Counted from the first letter of the stretch, positions 1-12,405 are shown. The stretch is 64,000 bases of DNA from Thermoanaerobaculia bacterium (GCA_963816185.1 CAWFJJ010000028.1:288001-352000), one strand, 5' to 3'. Notes: a model not told the origin generated them from the sequence alone. Made by a program: numbers and translations.

Positions 1-761
1 CGGAGAGCGGATTCCTGCCTACGATGGGAAGGGTACGACGAGGCGCTGCTGCTGTACGTGCTCGCGCTCGGCTCGCCGACGCACGCGCTCCCGGCGCACA
101 GCTACGCGGAGTGGGCGACGACGTACTCGTGGAAGAAGATCTACGGCCACGAGTACCTCTACGCGGGACCGCTGTTCATCCACCAGCTGTCGCACGTGTG
201 GATCGACTTTCGGAGGCATCCAGGACGCTTCATGCGCGAGCGCGGGATCGACTACTTCGAGAACAGCCGGCGGGCGACGCTCGTGCACCAGCAGTACGCG
301 ATCCGCAACCCGCTCGGCTCACGCCTTGTACGGCGAGTGCTGCTGGGGGCTCACGGCGATGCGACGGCCCGGGCGACGACCACGCTCGTCGTGGACGGCG
401 TCGAACGGCGTTTCTACGATTACTCGCGCGTGGCGCGCCGTTCGGGCCGGACGACGGCACGATCGCGCCGTGGGCGGTCGTCGCGTCGCTGCCGTTCGCG
501 CCGGAGATCGTGCTGCCGACGATTCGCCACTTCATCGAGAAGCTCCACCTCAGGACGACCATCCCTACGGCTTCAAGGCGACGTTCAACGCGACCTACCC
601 GGGCGACAGGACGGCCGACCACGGGTGGATCTCGCCCTGGCACCTACGGCATCAACCAGGGGCCGATCGTGCTGATGATCGAGAACTACCGGTCGGGCTT
701 CTTCTGGGACCTCATGAAACGCTGTCCGCCGATCCGCGAGGGCTTGCGCCGTGCTGGATGA
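1..761 (+). CDS. Glucoamylase-family / GH144-like (beta-1,2-glucanase-like) glycoside hydrolase, C-terminal part; frameshifted, 5' end outside window
   Basis: Pieces across frames: LALGSPTH, YAGPLFIHQLSHVWIDFR, DYFENSRRAT, PDDGTIAPWA, YGFK, GINQGPIVLMIENYRSG, typical of this family. Confidence 0.85.
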   Translation, partial: ESGFLPTMGRVRRGAAAVRARARLADARAPGAQLRGVGDDVLVEEDLRPRVPLRGTAVHPPAVARVDRLSEASRTLHARARDRLLREQPAGDARAPAVRDPQPARLTPCTASAAGGSRRCDGPGDDHARRGRRRTAFLRLLARGAPFGPDDGTIAPWAVVASLPFAPEIVLPTIRHFIEKLHLRTTIPTASRRRSTRPTRATGRPTTGGSRPGTYGINQGPIVLMIENYRSGFFWDLMKRCPPIREGLRRAG

Positions 762-1075
762 TCGGTGGATGGCTGTCGAACGACGGTCGACGCGATGAGA
801 GCGGGCGGCAGAAGAGGAAGCGCGCGGCCAAGCGGGTGTCCAATCCCGTCGGCTCGGTGCTCGAGCCGATCGCCGAGGGTGTAGTGCTTTCTGTCGATCG
901 GCAAATCTTGCACGGGGACCGGCCACACGGCCGGGGCTGTGACGCAGCGAGCGAACCGTCCGACTGCCGAAACGAGCCGGCTGGTGCAGCTGGGCGATGT
1001 CCGCGGTATGGCGTCAATTATGCGTAAGTGTCTATACGGTTTCGAACGGGACCGCGAAGTGGCGAGGAAATAGCC

Positions 1076-1876
1076 GTGCTGCGCAGCCTGAAAGATCTCG
1101 AAGGGTACACGGTGAGCGCCACCGACGGCGACATCGGAAGGGTCGTGGATTTCCTTCTGGACGACGAGCGCTGGATCGTCCGCTATCTGGTCGTCGAGAC
1201 CGGTGGCTTCTTCGATGGGCGCCGGGTGCTCATCTCGCCCATCTCATTCCGCAAGGCCGAGTGGTCGACCCGCCGCTTTCACCTGGCGTTGACGAGGGAC
1301 AAGGTCAAGAACAGCCCGAGCGTCGACGTGGACAAGCCCGTCTCCCGCCAGCACGAGCTGGACTACTTCGGCTACTACGGATATCCCCGCTACTGGGGGT
1401 ACTCGGGACTCTGGGGCATGGGTGCCTACCCGGGCTTGCTCGCGGCCGGCAGGTCGGAACGAGAGCGCCTGCCGAGCATTCCGAGACTGTCCGGCGACGT
1501 CCATTTGCGGAGCGCCAAGGAGGTCCGCGGATACCACGATCCAGGGAACCGACGAAGCGATCGGCCACGTCGACGACTTCATCATCGACGATGAGACCTG
1601 GGAAGTCCGCTATCTGGTGATCGACACCAGCAACTGGTGGTTCGGCAAGAAGGTGCTGGTTGCGCCGCACTGGGCAAACCGCGTCAGCTGGGAGGAAAGC
1701 AAGGTCTACGTGGACATGTCTCGACAGGACGATCAAGAACAGCCCCGAGTGGAACCCGACCGCGGCCATCAACCGCGAGTACGAAGCACGCCTCTACGAC
1801 TATTACGGACGCCCGGTGGGACAGCGACCATCCGGACGAGGCGCAGCTGGTGCACCATGTGGGGCGACCGGAGTGA
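1076..1876 (+). CDS. Tandem PRC-barrel domain protein (frameshifted)
   Basis: GTG start after GAGG; ATDGDIGRVVDFLLDDERWIVRYLVVETG and a second barrel GHVDDFIIDDETWEVRYLVIDTSNWWFGKKVL; ends REYEARLYDYYGRP. Confidence 0.85.
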
Positions 1877-1911
1877 TCTCGAATCCGTACGCGCCGTCCT
1901 CGCGGGACGCC

Positions 1912-3595
1912 ATGAAGATCAGCCCTCTGGCGGGCAAGCCGCCGCCGCCGTCGATGCTGGTCGACGTGCCCCAGGCTGGTCACCGCCTACTACACGCGAG
2001 AAGCCCGATCCCGCGGTGCCCGGCGCAGCGCGTCGCCTTCGGCACCTCCGGGCATCGCGGCTCGGCGTTCGACGGGTCCTTCAACGAGGGGCACATCCTG
2101 GCGATCAGCGCAGGCGATCTGCCTCTACCGCCGGCGCAGGGGCATCGACGGGCCGCTGTTCCTCGGCATCGACACGCACGCGCTGTCGGCGCCGGCGTGC
2201 GCCAGCCGCGCTCGAGGTGCTGGCGGCCAACGGGGTCGACGTCGATGCTCGCCGCGCGCGACGAATACACGCCGACGCCGGTGGTGTCCCACGCGATCCT
2301 CACCTACAATCGCGGGCGCAAGGCCGGGCTCGCCGACGGCATCGTCATCACCCCGTCGCACAACCCGCCTGACGAAGGCGGCTTCAAGTACAACCCGCCG
2401 AAGGGCGGGCCGGCCGACACCGAGGTCACCGAGCTGGATCGAAGCGCAGGGCCAACGCGCTCCTCGAGCGCGGCCTGCGACGGGCGTGAAGCGGATTCCG
2501 ATCGAGCGAGGCGCTGCGCGCCGCAACGACGCACCGCCACGACTATCTCAACGCCTACGTCGGCGACCTCGGCGACGTCATCGACATGGAGGCGATCCGC
2601 GGCGCGGGCCTGCGTCTCGGCGTCGGATCCGCTGGGCGGCGCCGGCGTCCACTACTGGGGGCCCGATCGCCGAGCGCTACGGGCTCGACCTGACGGTCGT
2701 GAACGACGCCGTCGATCCGACCTTTCGCTTCATGACCGTCGATTGGGACGGGCAGCATCCGCATGGACCCCTCGTCGCCCTACGCGATGCAGCGGCTGAT
2801 CGGTCTGAAGGATCGCTTCGACATCGCCTTCGCCTGCGACACCGACGACGACCGGCACGGCATCGTCACCCGCAGCGCCGGGCCTGCTGCCGCCCAACCA
2901 CTATCTGGCGGTCGCCATCCACTACCTCTTCCAGCATCGGCCGAGCTGGCGCCCGGAAGCGGCGGTCGGCAAGACGGTGGTGAGCAGCAGGATGATCGAC
3001 CGCGTCACCGCGAAGCTGGGCCGCAGGCTCTACGAGGTGCCGGTCGGGTTCAAGTGGTTCGTCGACGGCTTGCTCGACGGCTCGCTCGGCTTCGGCGGCG
3101 AGGAGAGCGCCGGGCGCTTCCTTTCTGCGCCGCGACGGCGACGGTGTGGACGACCGACAAGGACGGCATCGTGCCGGCGCTGCTCGCGGCGGAAATCACC
3201 GCGCGCACGGGCCGCGATCCCGGCGAGCTCTACGCGGAGCTGACGCACGAGCTCGGCGAGCCGGCCTACGAGCGCATCGACGCGCCGGCGACCGCCGGAG
3301 CAGAAGCAGCTGCTCGCGGCGCTCTCGCCGCAGCAGGTGCGATGCGCACGAGCTGGCCGGCGAGACGATCCAGAGCATCCTCACGCAGCGCGCCGGGCAA
3401 CGGCGCGCCGATCGGCGGGCTGAAGGTCAGTCGCCGAGAGCGGCTGGTTCGCCGCGCGCCCCTCCGGCACCGAGGACATCTACAAGATCTACGCCGAGAG
3501 CTTTCGCGGGCCGAGCCACCTGCGTCGCATCGTGGAGGAGGCGCAGGCGATCGTGGACGACGCGCTTGGGGGGCGCGGGCGCGAAGAAGATGTGA
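1912..3595 (+). CDS. pgm: Phosphoglucomutase (frameshifted)
   Basis: [18 protein letters not shown], catalytic TPSHNPP, metal loop [32 protein letters not shown] spread over several frames. Confidence 0.92.
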
Positions 3596-4200
3596 AATGA
3601 TGTATGTGGTATGAGTAAGAAGGAGGAGAAGAAGAGGGAGAGGAAGGGAGGGAATGAAGGTATGAGAGGTGAGGGGAGAGAGGGGGGGTGAGAAGGAAGG
3701 AGGAGTGGGAGGAGGGAGATAGAGAGTAGAAGGGTGTGATGAGAAGGAGGGGATAAGTAGGGGAGAGATGGGTGAAAAATAGGGCGAGAAAGAAAGGAGG
3801 GAAATGGGGGGTGAGGAGGAAAAAAAGGAAGCAGAGAGAGGAGAGGGAGGGAAGAGCTCTCAGAGAAAAGGAGGAGAGATGGGAAGGTCCGATGGGGTAA
3901 GGCAGGGGAAGACGCGAAAGGAGGAGAAAAGAAGAAAGGAGGAGAGATAAAAAGGCGAAAGAGTAGAGAAAGGCAAGAAGGGAAAGGTGCAGAGGAGATG
4001 AAAAGCGAAAGGTGAGGTGAGGAGAGTGTGAGGTGCCAAGGAAAGGATGAAGAGTAAAGGCAAAAAGATAGACTTAGAGATGGAAGAACAGATAGACTCT
4101 AGATAGGAGGAGGAGATTAGGAAGAGGCTATAAAGGGAGGGAAGAAGATGATAAGATAGAGCAATGAGTGGAGAAGAGGTAGAGGCTCTTCTGGGATATC
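3596..4200. other. Purine-rich (A/G), almost C-free low-complexity tract; probable basecalling/consensus artefact
   Basis: Abrupt switch from GC-rich coding sequence to aperiodic GA-rich sequence that grades back into coding-like sequence at about 4200. Confidence 0.7.
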
Positions 4201-4535
4201 TCGGGACGCTCGCGGGATTGACGGCGACGGAGCGGGCTAGGATGCTCGGCCCACAGTCGGCGCCCGCGACGGAGAGCACCCGACAAGGGAACGTGTCACG
4301 TATGAACGAGCGACCGGCCGGGCGGAGGACACAAGGCATGAGGTCCGGCGTCGTCAGTCGCTGGAGAGCTTCACGGCAGGAGTCTGTCGACTCGGTCGTC
4401 CGACAGGTGCAGTACGGATCGTCGGGAATGATGCAGATGATGGGAGGTTCACAAATGCCGACGTTCACGTACTTGACCAAAGAGGAGGTGGCGGCGGGCT
4501 ACTTCTATCTCGCGCAATACACTCCGAAGATATGA
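4164..4535 (+). CDS. C-terminal part of a probable c-type cytochrome, sequence degraded
   Basis: EEVEALLGYL and MPTFTYLTKEEVAAGYFYL resemble class I cytochrome c C-terminal helices with the axial-Met MP motif; out-of-frame relic T-C-H-V-stop at 4291-4305 resembles CxxCH. Confidence 0.45.
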   Translation: MSGEEVEALLGYLGTLAGLTATERARMLGPQSAPATESTRQGNVSRMNERPAGRRTQGMRSGVVSRWRASRQESVDSVVRQVQYGSSGMMQMMGGSQMPTFTYLTKEEVAAGYFYLAQYTPKI

Positions 4536-5972
4536 GCAGAAGCAGCACAGTTCCATGAACCCGCGTCGTCCGACGCCCTGGTGCTGTTCGGCGTGACGGG
4601 CGACCTCGCCCACAAGATGATCTTCCCGGCGCTCTACGCGATGGTGAAGCGGGGCGTCCTCAACGTCCCGGTGGTCGGCGTCGCCTTCTCGCGATGGAGC
4701 CTGGCGCGGCTGCGCAAGCGCGCCGCGGACGGGATCACGGAAGGCGGGCCGGATCGACGATCCGCGGGCCCTGCGCCACCTGCTCTCCCTGCTCCGGTAC
4801 GTGGACGGCGACTACAACGCCCCGGCGACCTTCGCGGCGCTCAAGCAGGCGCTGGGCGGTGCCCGGCGCCCGGCGCACTACCTCGCCATCCCGCCGTCGC
4901 TCTTCGCGACGGTCATCAAGGGGCTCGGCGCCGCGGGCCTCGCGGACCGACGCGCGCGTCATCGTCGAGAAGCCGTTCGGCCGCGACCTGGCTTCCGCGC
5001 GCAAGCTCAATCGCGTCGCGCGCTCGGTGTTCCCGGAGGACTGCGATCTTCCGCATCGATCACTTCCTCGGGAAGGAAGCGATCATGAACATCCTCTATT
5101 TCCGCTTCGCCAATTCGTTCCTGGAGCCGATCTGGAACCGCAACTACGTGGCCAGCGTCCAGGTGACCCTCGCCGAGGACTTCGGCGTGAACGGGCGCGG
5201 CGCGTTCTACGAGACGGCCGGCTGCCTGCGCGACGTGATCCAGAACCACCTCTTCCAGATCGTCGCCCTCCTGGCCATGGAGCCGCCGGCCTACCGGGGC
5301 TACGGCGCCGTGCAGAGCGAGAAGGCGGCCGTCTTCCAGGCCATGCGGCCACTGCGGACCGCCGACGTGGTCCGCGGCCAGTATGCCGGCTACCGCAGGG
5401 AGCCGGACGTGGCGCGCGACTCCGACGTCGAGACGTTCTGCGCCGTGCGGCTCTTCATCGACTCCTGGCGCTGGGAGGGCGTGCCGTGGTACCTGCGCTC
5501 CGGCAAGCTGCTGCCCGAGACGGCCGCCGAGGTGCGTCGTCCAGCTGAAGCCGCCGCCGCAACGGCTCTTCGCCGACTCGGCGCCGGCGGCCGGCCGGGC
5601 CAACTACCTGCGCTTCCGGCTGTCCCCCAACTACGCCGTCGCCCTCGCCGCTCGCGTCAAGCGCGTCGGCAAGGAGTTCGTCGGCGACCAGCGGGAGCTC
5701 GCCCTCCTCGATCATCAGCCGGGAGAGGAGGCGCCGTACGAGCGGCTCCTGACCGACGCGATGGCCGGCGACGGAGCGCTCTTCACCCGGGAGGACGCGG
5801 TCGAGGCCGCCTGGGCGGCGGTCGATCGGGTCCTGAAGCACCCACCGTCGCGTCCGTCCCTACAAGCGCGGGAAGCTGGGGGCCCAAGGAGGCGGACGCG
5901 CTCATCGCGGCGGACGGCGGCTGGCACAACCCCATGCTCGACGAGGCAGACCGCCTGACGGGGCGCTGCTAA
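4532..5972 (+). CDS. zwf: Glucose-6-phosphate 1-dehydrogenase (frameshifted; start approximate)
   Basis: [50 protein letters not shown]. Confidence 0.92.
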
Positions 5973-5973
5973 G

Positions 5974-6165
5974 ATGAACGGAGGCTCGTCGAGCGTGAGG
6001 TTTCTCGGCATCGCGCTGCACCACGGGCGCAACGCGAAGAACGCCGCGCTGATCTCGCGGGACGCCGGGCGCGTGAAGGTACGGGTCATCCGCACGGACG
6101 AGGAACTGATGATCGCGAGGTCGGTCTGCCGCGTCCTCGAACTCGGCTCATTACGGGAGGGGTAG
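5974..6165 (+). pseudogene. ackA: Acetate kinase C-terminal remnant (63 aa)
   Basis: FLGI..N...IS...RVKVRVIRTDEELMIARS matches the AckA C-terminus; N-terminal ~330 aa absent; lies between zwf and xfp. Confidence 0.75.
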
Positions 6166-6168
6166 ACG

Positions 6169-8543
6169 ATGAGAACCCCCGCACTCACGCCGGAACTGCT
6201 CCACAGGATGGACGCCTACTGGCGCGCCGCCAACTACCTGTCGGTCGGCCAGATCTATCTCTACGACAATCCGCTGCTGAAGCGGCCGCTGACGCTCGCC
6301 GACGTGAAGCACATGCTGCTCGGGCACTGGGGCACGACCCCCGGGCAGAACTTCATCTACGTGCACCTGAACCGGGTCATCAAGAAGTACGACCTCGACA
6401 TGATCTACGTCTCCGGCCCCGGGCACGGCGGCCCGGCCGTCGTCGCCAACACCTACCTCGAGGGCACGTACAGCGAGATCTATCCCGACATCAGCCAGGA
6501 CGAGGCCGGGCTGCGCAAGCTGTTTCTTCAGTTCTCGTTTCCCGGCGGCATCCCCAGCCACGCCTCGCCGGAGTGCCCGGGCTCGATCCACGAGGGCGGC
6601 GAGCTCGGCTATTCGCTCAGCCATTCGTTCGGGGCGGTGTTCGACAATCCCGATCTCGATCGTCGCCTGCGTCGTCGGCGACGGCGAGGCGGAGACCGGT
6701 CCGCTGGCCACCGCGTGGCATTCGAACAAGTTCCTCGATCCGGCCACCGACGGCGCGGTGCTGCCGATCCTGCACCTCAACGGCTACAAGATCTCCAACC
6801 CGACGGTCCTCGCCCGCATCAGCACGAGGAGCTGGAGCAGTTCCTGCGCGGCTGCGGCTGGACGCCCATCTTCGTCGAGGGCCACGAGCCCGAGCTGATG
6901 CACGAGGCCATGGCCGCGACGCTCGACGCGGCGATGGAGCAGATCCAGCAGCATCCAGCACGACGCCCGCGTCCACGGCAACCTCACGCGTCCGCGCTGG
7001 CCGATGATCGTCCTCAATTCGCCCAAGGGCTGGACCGGGCCGAAGATGGTCGATGGCCTGCAGATCGAAGGCACGTTCCGGGCGCACCAGGTGCCGCTCG
7101 CCGATCCCGCCGACGCATCCCGAGCACCTCAAGCTGCTGGAAGACTGGCTCAGGAGCTACCGGCCAGAGGAACTGTTCGACGAGCAGGGCCGCCTGAAGC
7201 CGGAGCTGGCCGAGCTCGCGCCCAAGGGCGAGCGGCGCATGGGCGCGAATCCCCACGCCAACGGCGGCATGCTGCTGCGCGACCTGCGGATGCCGGACTT
7301 CCGCGACTACGCGGTCGACGTGCCCGCGCCCGGGCGCTGCGCGGCATCGGCGACACGCACGTGCTGGGCCGTTTCCTGCGCGACGTGGCGAAGCTGAACG
7401 CCGAGCAGCGCAATTTCCGGGTCTTCGGCCCCGACGAGACGCTCTCGAACGGCCTGGAAGCCCTCTTCGAAGCGACCAACCGCCAGTGGGACGCCGCGAC
7501 CGTGCCGAACGACGAATTCCTCGCGCCCGCCGGGCGCGTGATGGAGATGCTCAGCGAGCACCAGTGCGAGGGCTGGCTCGAGGGCTACCTGCTCACCGGG
7601 CGGCATGGCACTCTTCAACTGCTACGAGGCGTTCATCCACATCGTCGATTCGATGTTCAACCAGCACGCCAAGTGGCTGAAGGTCACGGCGCACCTGCCG
7701 TGGCGGCGGAAGATCGCGTCGCTGAACTACCTGCTGGCCTCGCACGTCTGGCGGCAGGACCACAACGGCTTCACGCACCAGGATCCCGGCTTCATCGACC
7801 ACGTCGTGAACAAGAAGGCCGAGATCGTGCGCGTCTACCTTCCGCCGGATGCCAACTGCCTGCTGTCGGTGATGGACCACTGCCTGCGCAGCCGCCACTA
7901 CGTCAACGTCGTGATCGCGGGCAAGCACCCGGCGCCGCAGTGGCTGACGATGGACGCGGCCGTCAAGCACTGCACCGAGGGCATCGGCATCTGGCAGTGG
8001 GCCAGCAACGACCAGGGCGTCGCGCCCGACGTGGTCATGGCCTGCTGCGGCGACGTGCCCACGCTGGAGACGCTGGCCGCCGTCTCCATCCTGCGCGAGC
8101 ACCTGCCCGACCTGAAGATCCGGGTGGTCAACGTCGTCGACCTCATGAAGCTGCAGCCGCAGACCGAGCACCCGCACGGGCTCAGCGACACGGACTTCGA
8201 CGAGCTCTTCACCAGGGACAAGCCGGTCATCTTCGCCTTCCACGGCTACCCGTGGCTGATCCACCGGCTGACCTACCGCCGCACCAACCACGACAACATC
8301 CACGTCCGCGGCTACAAGGAAGAGGGCACGATCACGACGCCCTTCGACATGACGGTGCTGAACGACCTGGACCGCTTCCACCTCGTGATGGACACCATCG
8401 ACCGCCTGCCGCAGACCGGCGACAAGGGCGTCTACCTGAAGCAGCAGCTCAAGGACAAGCTCATCGAGCACAAGCAGTACATCGACAAGCACGGCCAGGA
8501 CATGCCGGAGATCCGGAACTGGAAGTGGGGCCACCTGAAATGA
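6169..8543 (+). CDS. xfp: Xylulose-5-phosphate/fructose-6-phosphate phosphoketolase (frameshifted)
   Basis: [64 protein letters not shown]. Confidence 0.95.
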
Positions 8544-11156
8544 ACGCCAATATCAACCAGCCCAGGGACTCCCGGACGACCGCGGCATCGAAGCCCGATG
8601 CGAAGGACGATCTGAAGTCCCTGCCCATGGCGGAAGTGGAGGCGAAGTTGGGGTCGTCGCCGGACGGCCTCAGCCAGGCCGAGGCGCAGAAACGGCTGAC
8701 CCAATACGGGCCGAACGAGATCGAAGAGAAGAAGACCAATCCGTTCCTGAAGTTCCTCACCTATTTCTGGGGTCCCATCCCGTGGATGATCGAAGCGGCG
8801 GTGATCCTGTCGGCGGTGGCCCGGCATTGGCCGGACTTCTGGCATCATCCTCGTTCTGCTTCTGGCCAACGCCGTGGTCGGATTCTGGGAAGAACGCCAG
8901 GCGGGCAACGCCATCGACGGCGCTGAAGGCCAAGCTGGCGATCAAGGCCCGGGTGAAACGCGACGGAAAGTGGATCACCCCGGCGGCGCGTGAGCTGGTG
9001 CCGGGCGACGTCATCCGCTTGCGCCTGGGCGACATCGTGCCGGCGGACGCGCGCCTGCTCGCGGGCGACCCGGTGGAGGTGGATCAGTCCGCGCTGACCG
9101 GCGAGTCGTTGCCCGCCACGCGCAAACCCGGCGAGGCGGTGTTCTCCGGGTCGATCATCCGCCAGGGCGAGATCGGCGCGCTGGTCTATGCCACCGGCGC
9201 GAACACCTACTTCGGCAAGACGGCGCAACTGGTGCAGGAGGCGCACACCGTCAGCCATTCCAACGCGCGGTGCTGAAGATCGGCAACTACCTGATCATCC
9301 TCGCGGTGGCTCTGGTGGCGGTGATCATCACCGTCGCGATCTTCCGCGGCGACCCGATCCTCACCACGCTGCAGTTCGCCCTGGTGCTGACCGTGGCCGC
9401 GATTCCCGTGGCGATGCCGACGGTCTTGTCGGTGACGATGGCGGTCGGCGCGCGCCTGCTCGCCAAGAAGGAGGCGATCGTGAGCCGGCTGGTGGCGATC
9501 GAGGAACTGGCGGGCGTGGACGTGCTGTGCGCGGACAAGACCGGCACCCTGACCCAGAACAAGCTGACGCTGGGCGATCCGTTCAGCGTGAACGACGTCC
9601 CGCGCCGAGCAGGTCATCCTCTGATGCCGCGCTGGCGTCGCGCGCGGACGACAACGACACCATCGACCTGGCCGTGCTGGGCGGCCTGAAAGACAAGGAC
9701 GCCTTGAAGGGCTACCAGGTGGTCCATTTCCAGCCGTTCGACCCGGTGCACAAGCGCACCGAGGCCACCGTCAAGGCCGCGGACGGAAAGACGTTCAAGG
9801 TGACGAAGGGCGCGCCGCAGGTGATCCTGGCAGTTGTCGGCCAATGCCGGGCAGGTGAAGCCCGCCGTCGAGAAGGCGGTCGACGAATTCGCGGCGCGCG
9901 GCTTTCGTTCGCTGGGCGTGGCGCGGGCCGAGGGCGACGGCCCATGGCAGTTCCTGGGCGTGCTGCCCCTGTTCGATCCGCCGCGCGAAGACGCCAAGGC
10001 AACCATCGCGACCGCGCGGCAGATGGGCGTGAAGGTCAAGATGGTGACGGGCGATGCACTGGCCATCGCCAAGGAGACCGCCAAGAAGCTGGGCATGGGC
10101 ACGAACATCCTCGATGCCGCCGGCCTGGGCGACGTCGAAGCAGCAGGAGACCGCGGCGACGGCCGAGTCCATCGAGAAGGCCGACGGTTTCGCCCAGGTG
10201 TTCCCCGAGCACAAGTTCCACATCGTGGATGTCCTGCAGAAGCGCGGCCACATCGTCGGCATGACCGGCGACGGGGTGAACGACGCCCCCGCGCTGAAGA
10301 AGGCCGACTGCGGCATCGCCGTCTCGGGCGCGACGGACGCGGCGCGGGCTGCGGCCTCCATCGTGCTGATGACGCCCGGCCTGTCGGTGATCATCGACGC
10401 GATCAAGGAGAGCCGCCGCATCTTCCAGCGGATGAACAGCTACGCGATCTACCGCATCGCCGAGACGCTGCGCGTGCTGTTCTTCATGACGCTGGCGATC
10501 CTGGTCTTCAACTTCTATCCGGTGACCGCGGTGATGATCGTGATGCTGGCGCTGCTCAACGACGGCGCCATCCTGTCCATCGCCTACGACAACGTTCATT
10601 ACAAGGATCAGCCCGAGGCGTGGAACATGCGCCTGGTGCTGGGGATCGCCACGGTGCTGGGCGTCATCGGGGTCGTCTCCGCCTTCGGCTTGTTCTATCT
10701 CGGCGAGCGCGTCTTTCACCTCGACCGCGACGCACATCCAGACGCTGATGTACCTGAAGCTGTCCGTGGCGGGACACCTGACGATCTTCCTCACGCGCAC
10801 GCGCGGCCCGTTCTGGTCCATCCGCCCCGCGCGGATCCTGTGGGTGGCGGTGGTCGGCACGCAGATCGTGGCGACGTTGATCGCGGTCTATGGACTGTTC
10901 ATGACACCCCTCGGGTGGGGTTGGGCACTCTTCGTCTGGGGCTATGCGCTGGTGTGGTTCCTCGTGAACGACCGCGTGAAACTGCTCGCATATCGGATGT
11001 TCGATCCTGCCAAAGCCGGTACCCCGTCCGATTTGACGCCGCAGATCGCCAAGAGAGCCTATGAACTCTACGAGCAGGGAGGCCGCCGGAACGGTCGAGC
11101 GTGTTCAGGACTGGAATCGTGCGGAGGAAGAGATTCGGAACAGGGAAACACGATGA
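8540..11156 (+). CDS. Plasma-membrane proton-efflux P-type ATPase (P3A) with C-terminal DUF2934-like tail (frameshifted)
   Basis: ATGA overlap with xfp stop; [49 protein letters not shown]; tail [24 protein letters not shown]. Confidence 0.9.
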
Positions 11157-11199
11157 ATAGTCGTGCGGGGGAGCGCCGCCCAGGCGTCCTGTAGTGCGC

Positions 11200-12405
11200 T
11201 TACGCGCAGAGGGCGAGATCCGACAGGAGGCCGACCGCGAACGCCGCGAGGCACGTCGTGACGACGCCCGGCCATCCGAAGGCCTGCCACGCGTAACCCG
11301 GCAGGATGGAGCCGAACGTCGCCCCGAGATAGTAGAAGGTCGTATAGAGCGCGCCGGCGCCGCCCTTCGCCTCCCGGGCGGTCGTGTTCACGAATGCGGG
11401 GGCCGTGCCCTGGACGAAGAACATCCCGACGCAGAGGACGACGAGCGACACGATCACGACCGGAAGGGACCGGACGAGGCTCAGGGTCGCGGCCCCCGCG
11501 GCGACGAGGAATCCCGTCGCCATCAGGGCTCTCCGCCCGAAGCGTCCCGACATTCTTCCCACGACGATGGACGTCAGGACGCCGGCGCCGTAGACGAGAT
11601 AGATCGCGGAAATCGAAGCGGTCGACAGGCCGAATGGTGCGGCGGTGAGGTAGTAGGGAAGGTACGTGAAGATCCCGATGAAACCGAAGAAGACCGAACC
11701 TCCAATGAGGAAACCCCCCACGAGGCGGCGGTCGCGGAGGTGCCCGACCATCTCGCGAAATGCCACGCCGATCGAGACCGGTCCGCCGCGCGGAGACGGG
11801 GGAAGCAGCCGGGCCATTCCCAGAGCGCCGGCGAGCGTCAGGACGCCGAAGACGAGGAACGGCGCCCGCCAGCTCAGGTGGCTCGCGATCCAGCCGCTCA
11901 CCACGCGTCCCGTCAGGCCGCCCGTCACGGATGCTCCGACCCATGCCCCCACGGCCGGCCCCAGCTTCTCGCCCGCGAACTGGTCGCCGAGGTAAGCCAC
12001 GGCGATCGCCGTGACGCCGGGCAGGAGGATCCCCTGCAGGGCGCGGAAAAAAACGAGCGCCGAGAGGGTCGGTGCACCGGCGCACAAGAGCGTCGGGAGG
12101 GCGAGCAGCGCGCAGCTCCAGACCATCACCTTTTTGCGGCCGAAGGTGTCCGCGAGCGGGCCCCACGCGTTCGAGACGAGAGCGATCATGAGGACGACGA
12201 CCGAGATCGTAAGGGCCGCCGTCGGAGCCGGGACGCCGAACTCGCGGGAGAGCAGCGGCAGGATCGGCTGCGTGATGTAGACGTCCGCAAAAACCGTGAC
12301 CGTCGCGAAGAGAAGGGCGGGGAGGCCGAGGCGAGATGCAGCCTCACGGCCAGGCGAGCGTCGTCCCGAAGCGCGCCAGCCCGACAATCCGCCGCTCTTA
12401 CTCAT
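11200..12405 (-). CDS. MFS transporter (YnfM-like)
   Basis: Intact hydrophobic 401-aa ORF; DVYITQPILP, GPLADTFGRK motif A, YYLGATFGS. Confidence 0.85.
   Translation of the reverse strand: MSKSGGLSGWRASGRRSPGREAASRLGLPALLFATVTVFADVYITQPILPLLSREFGVPAPTAALTISVVVLMIALVSNAWGPLADTFGRKKVMVWSCALLALPTLLCAGAPTLSALVFFRALQGILLPGVTAIAVAYLGDQFAGEKLGPAVGAWVGASVTGGLTGRVVSGWIASHLSWRAPFLVFGVLTLAGALGMARLLPPSPRGGPVSIGVAFREMVGHLRDRRLVGGFLIGGSVFFGFIGIFTYLPYYLTAAPFGLSTASISAIYLVYGAGVLTSIVVGRMSGRFGRRALMATGFLVAAGAATLSLVRSLPVVIVSLVVLCVGMFFVQGTAPAFVNTTAREAKGGAGALYTTFYYLGATFGSILPGYAWQAFGWPGVVTTCLAAFAVGLLSDLALCA

Noticed and set aside
3860-4480. 206-aa minus-strand ORF rich in Leu/Ser/Phe
   Set aside because: Simply the complement of the purine tract; no family motif
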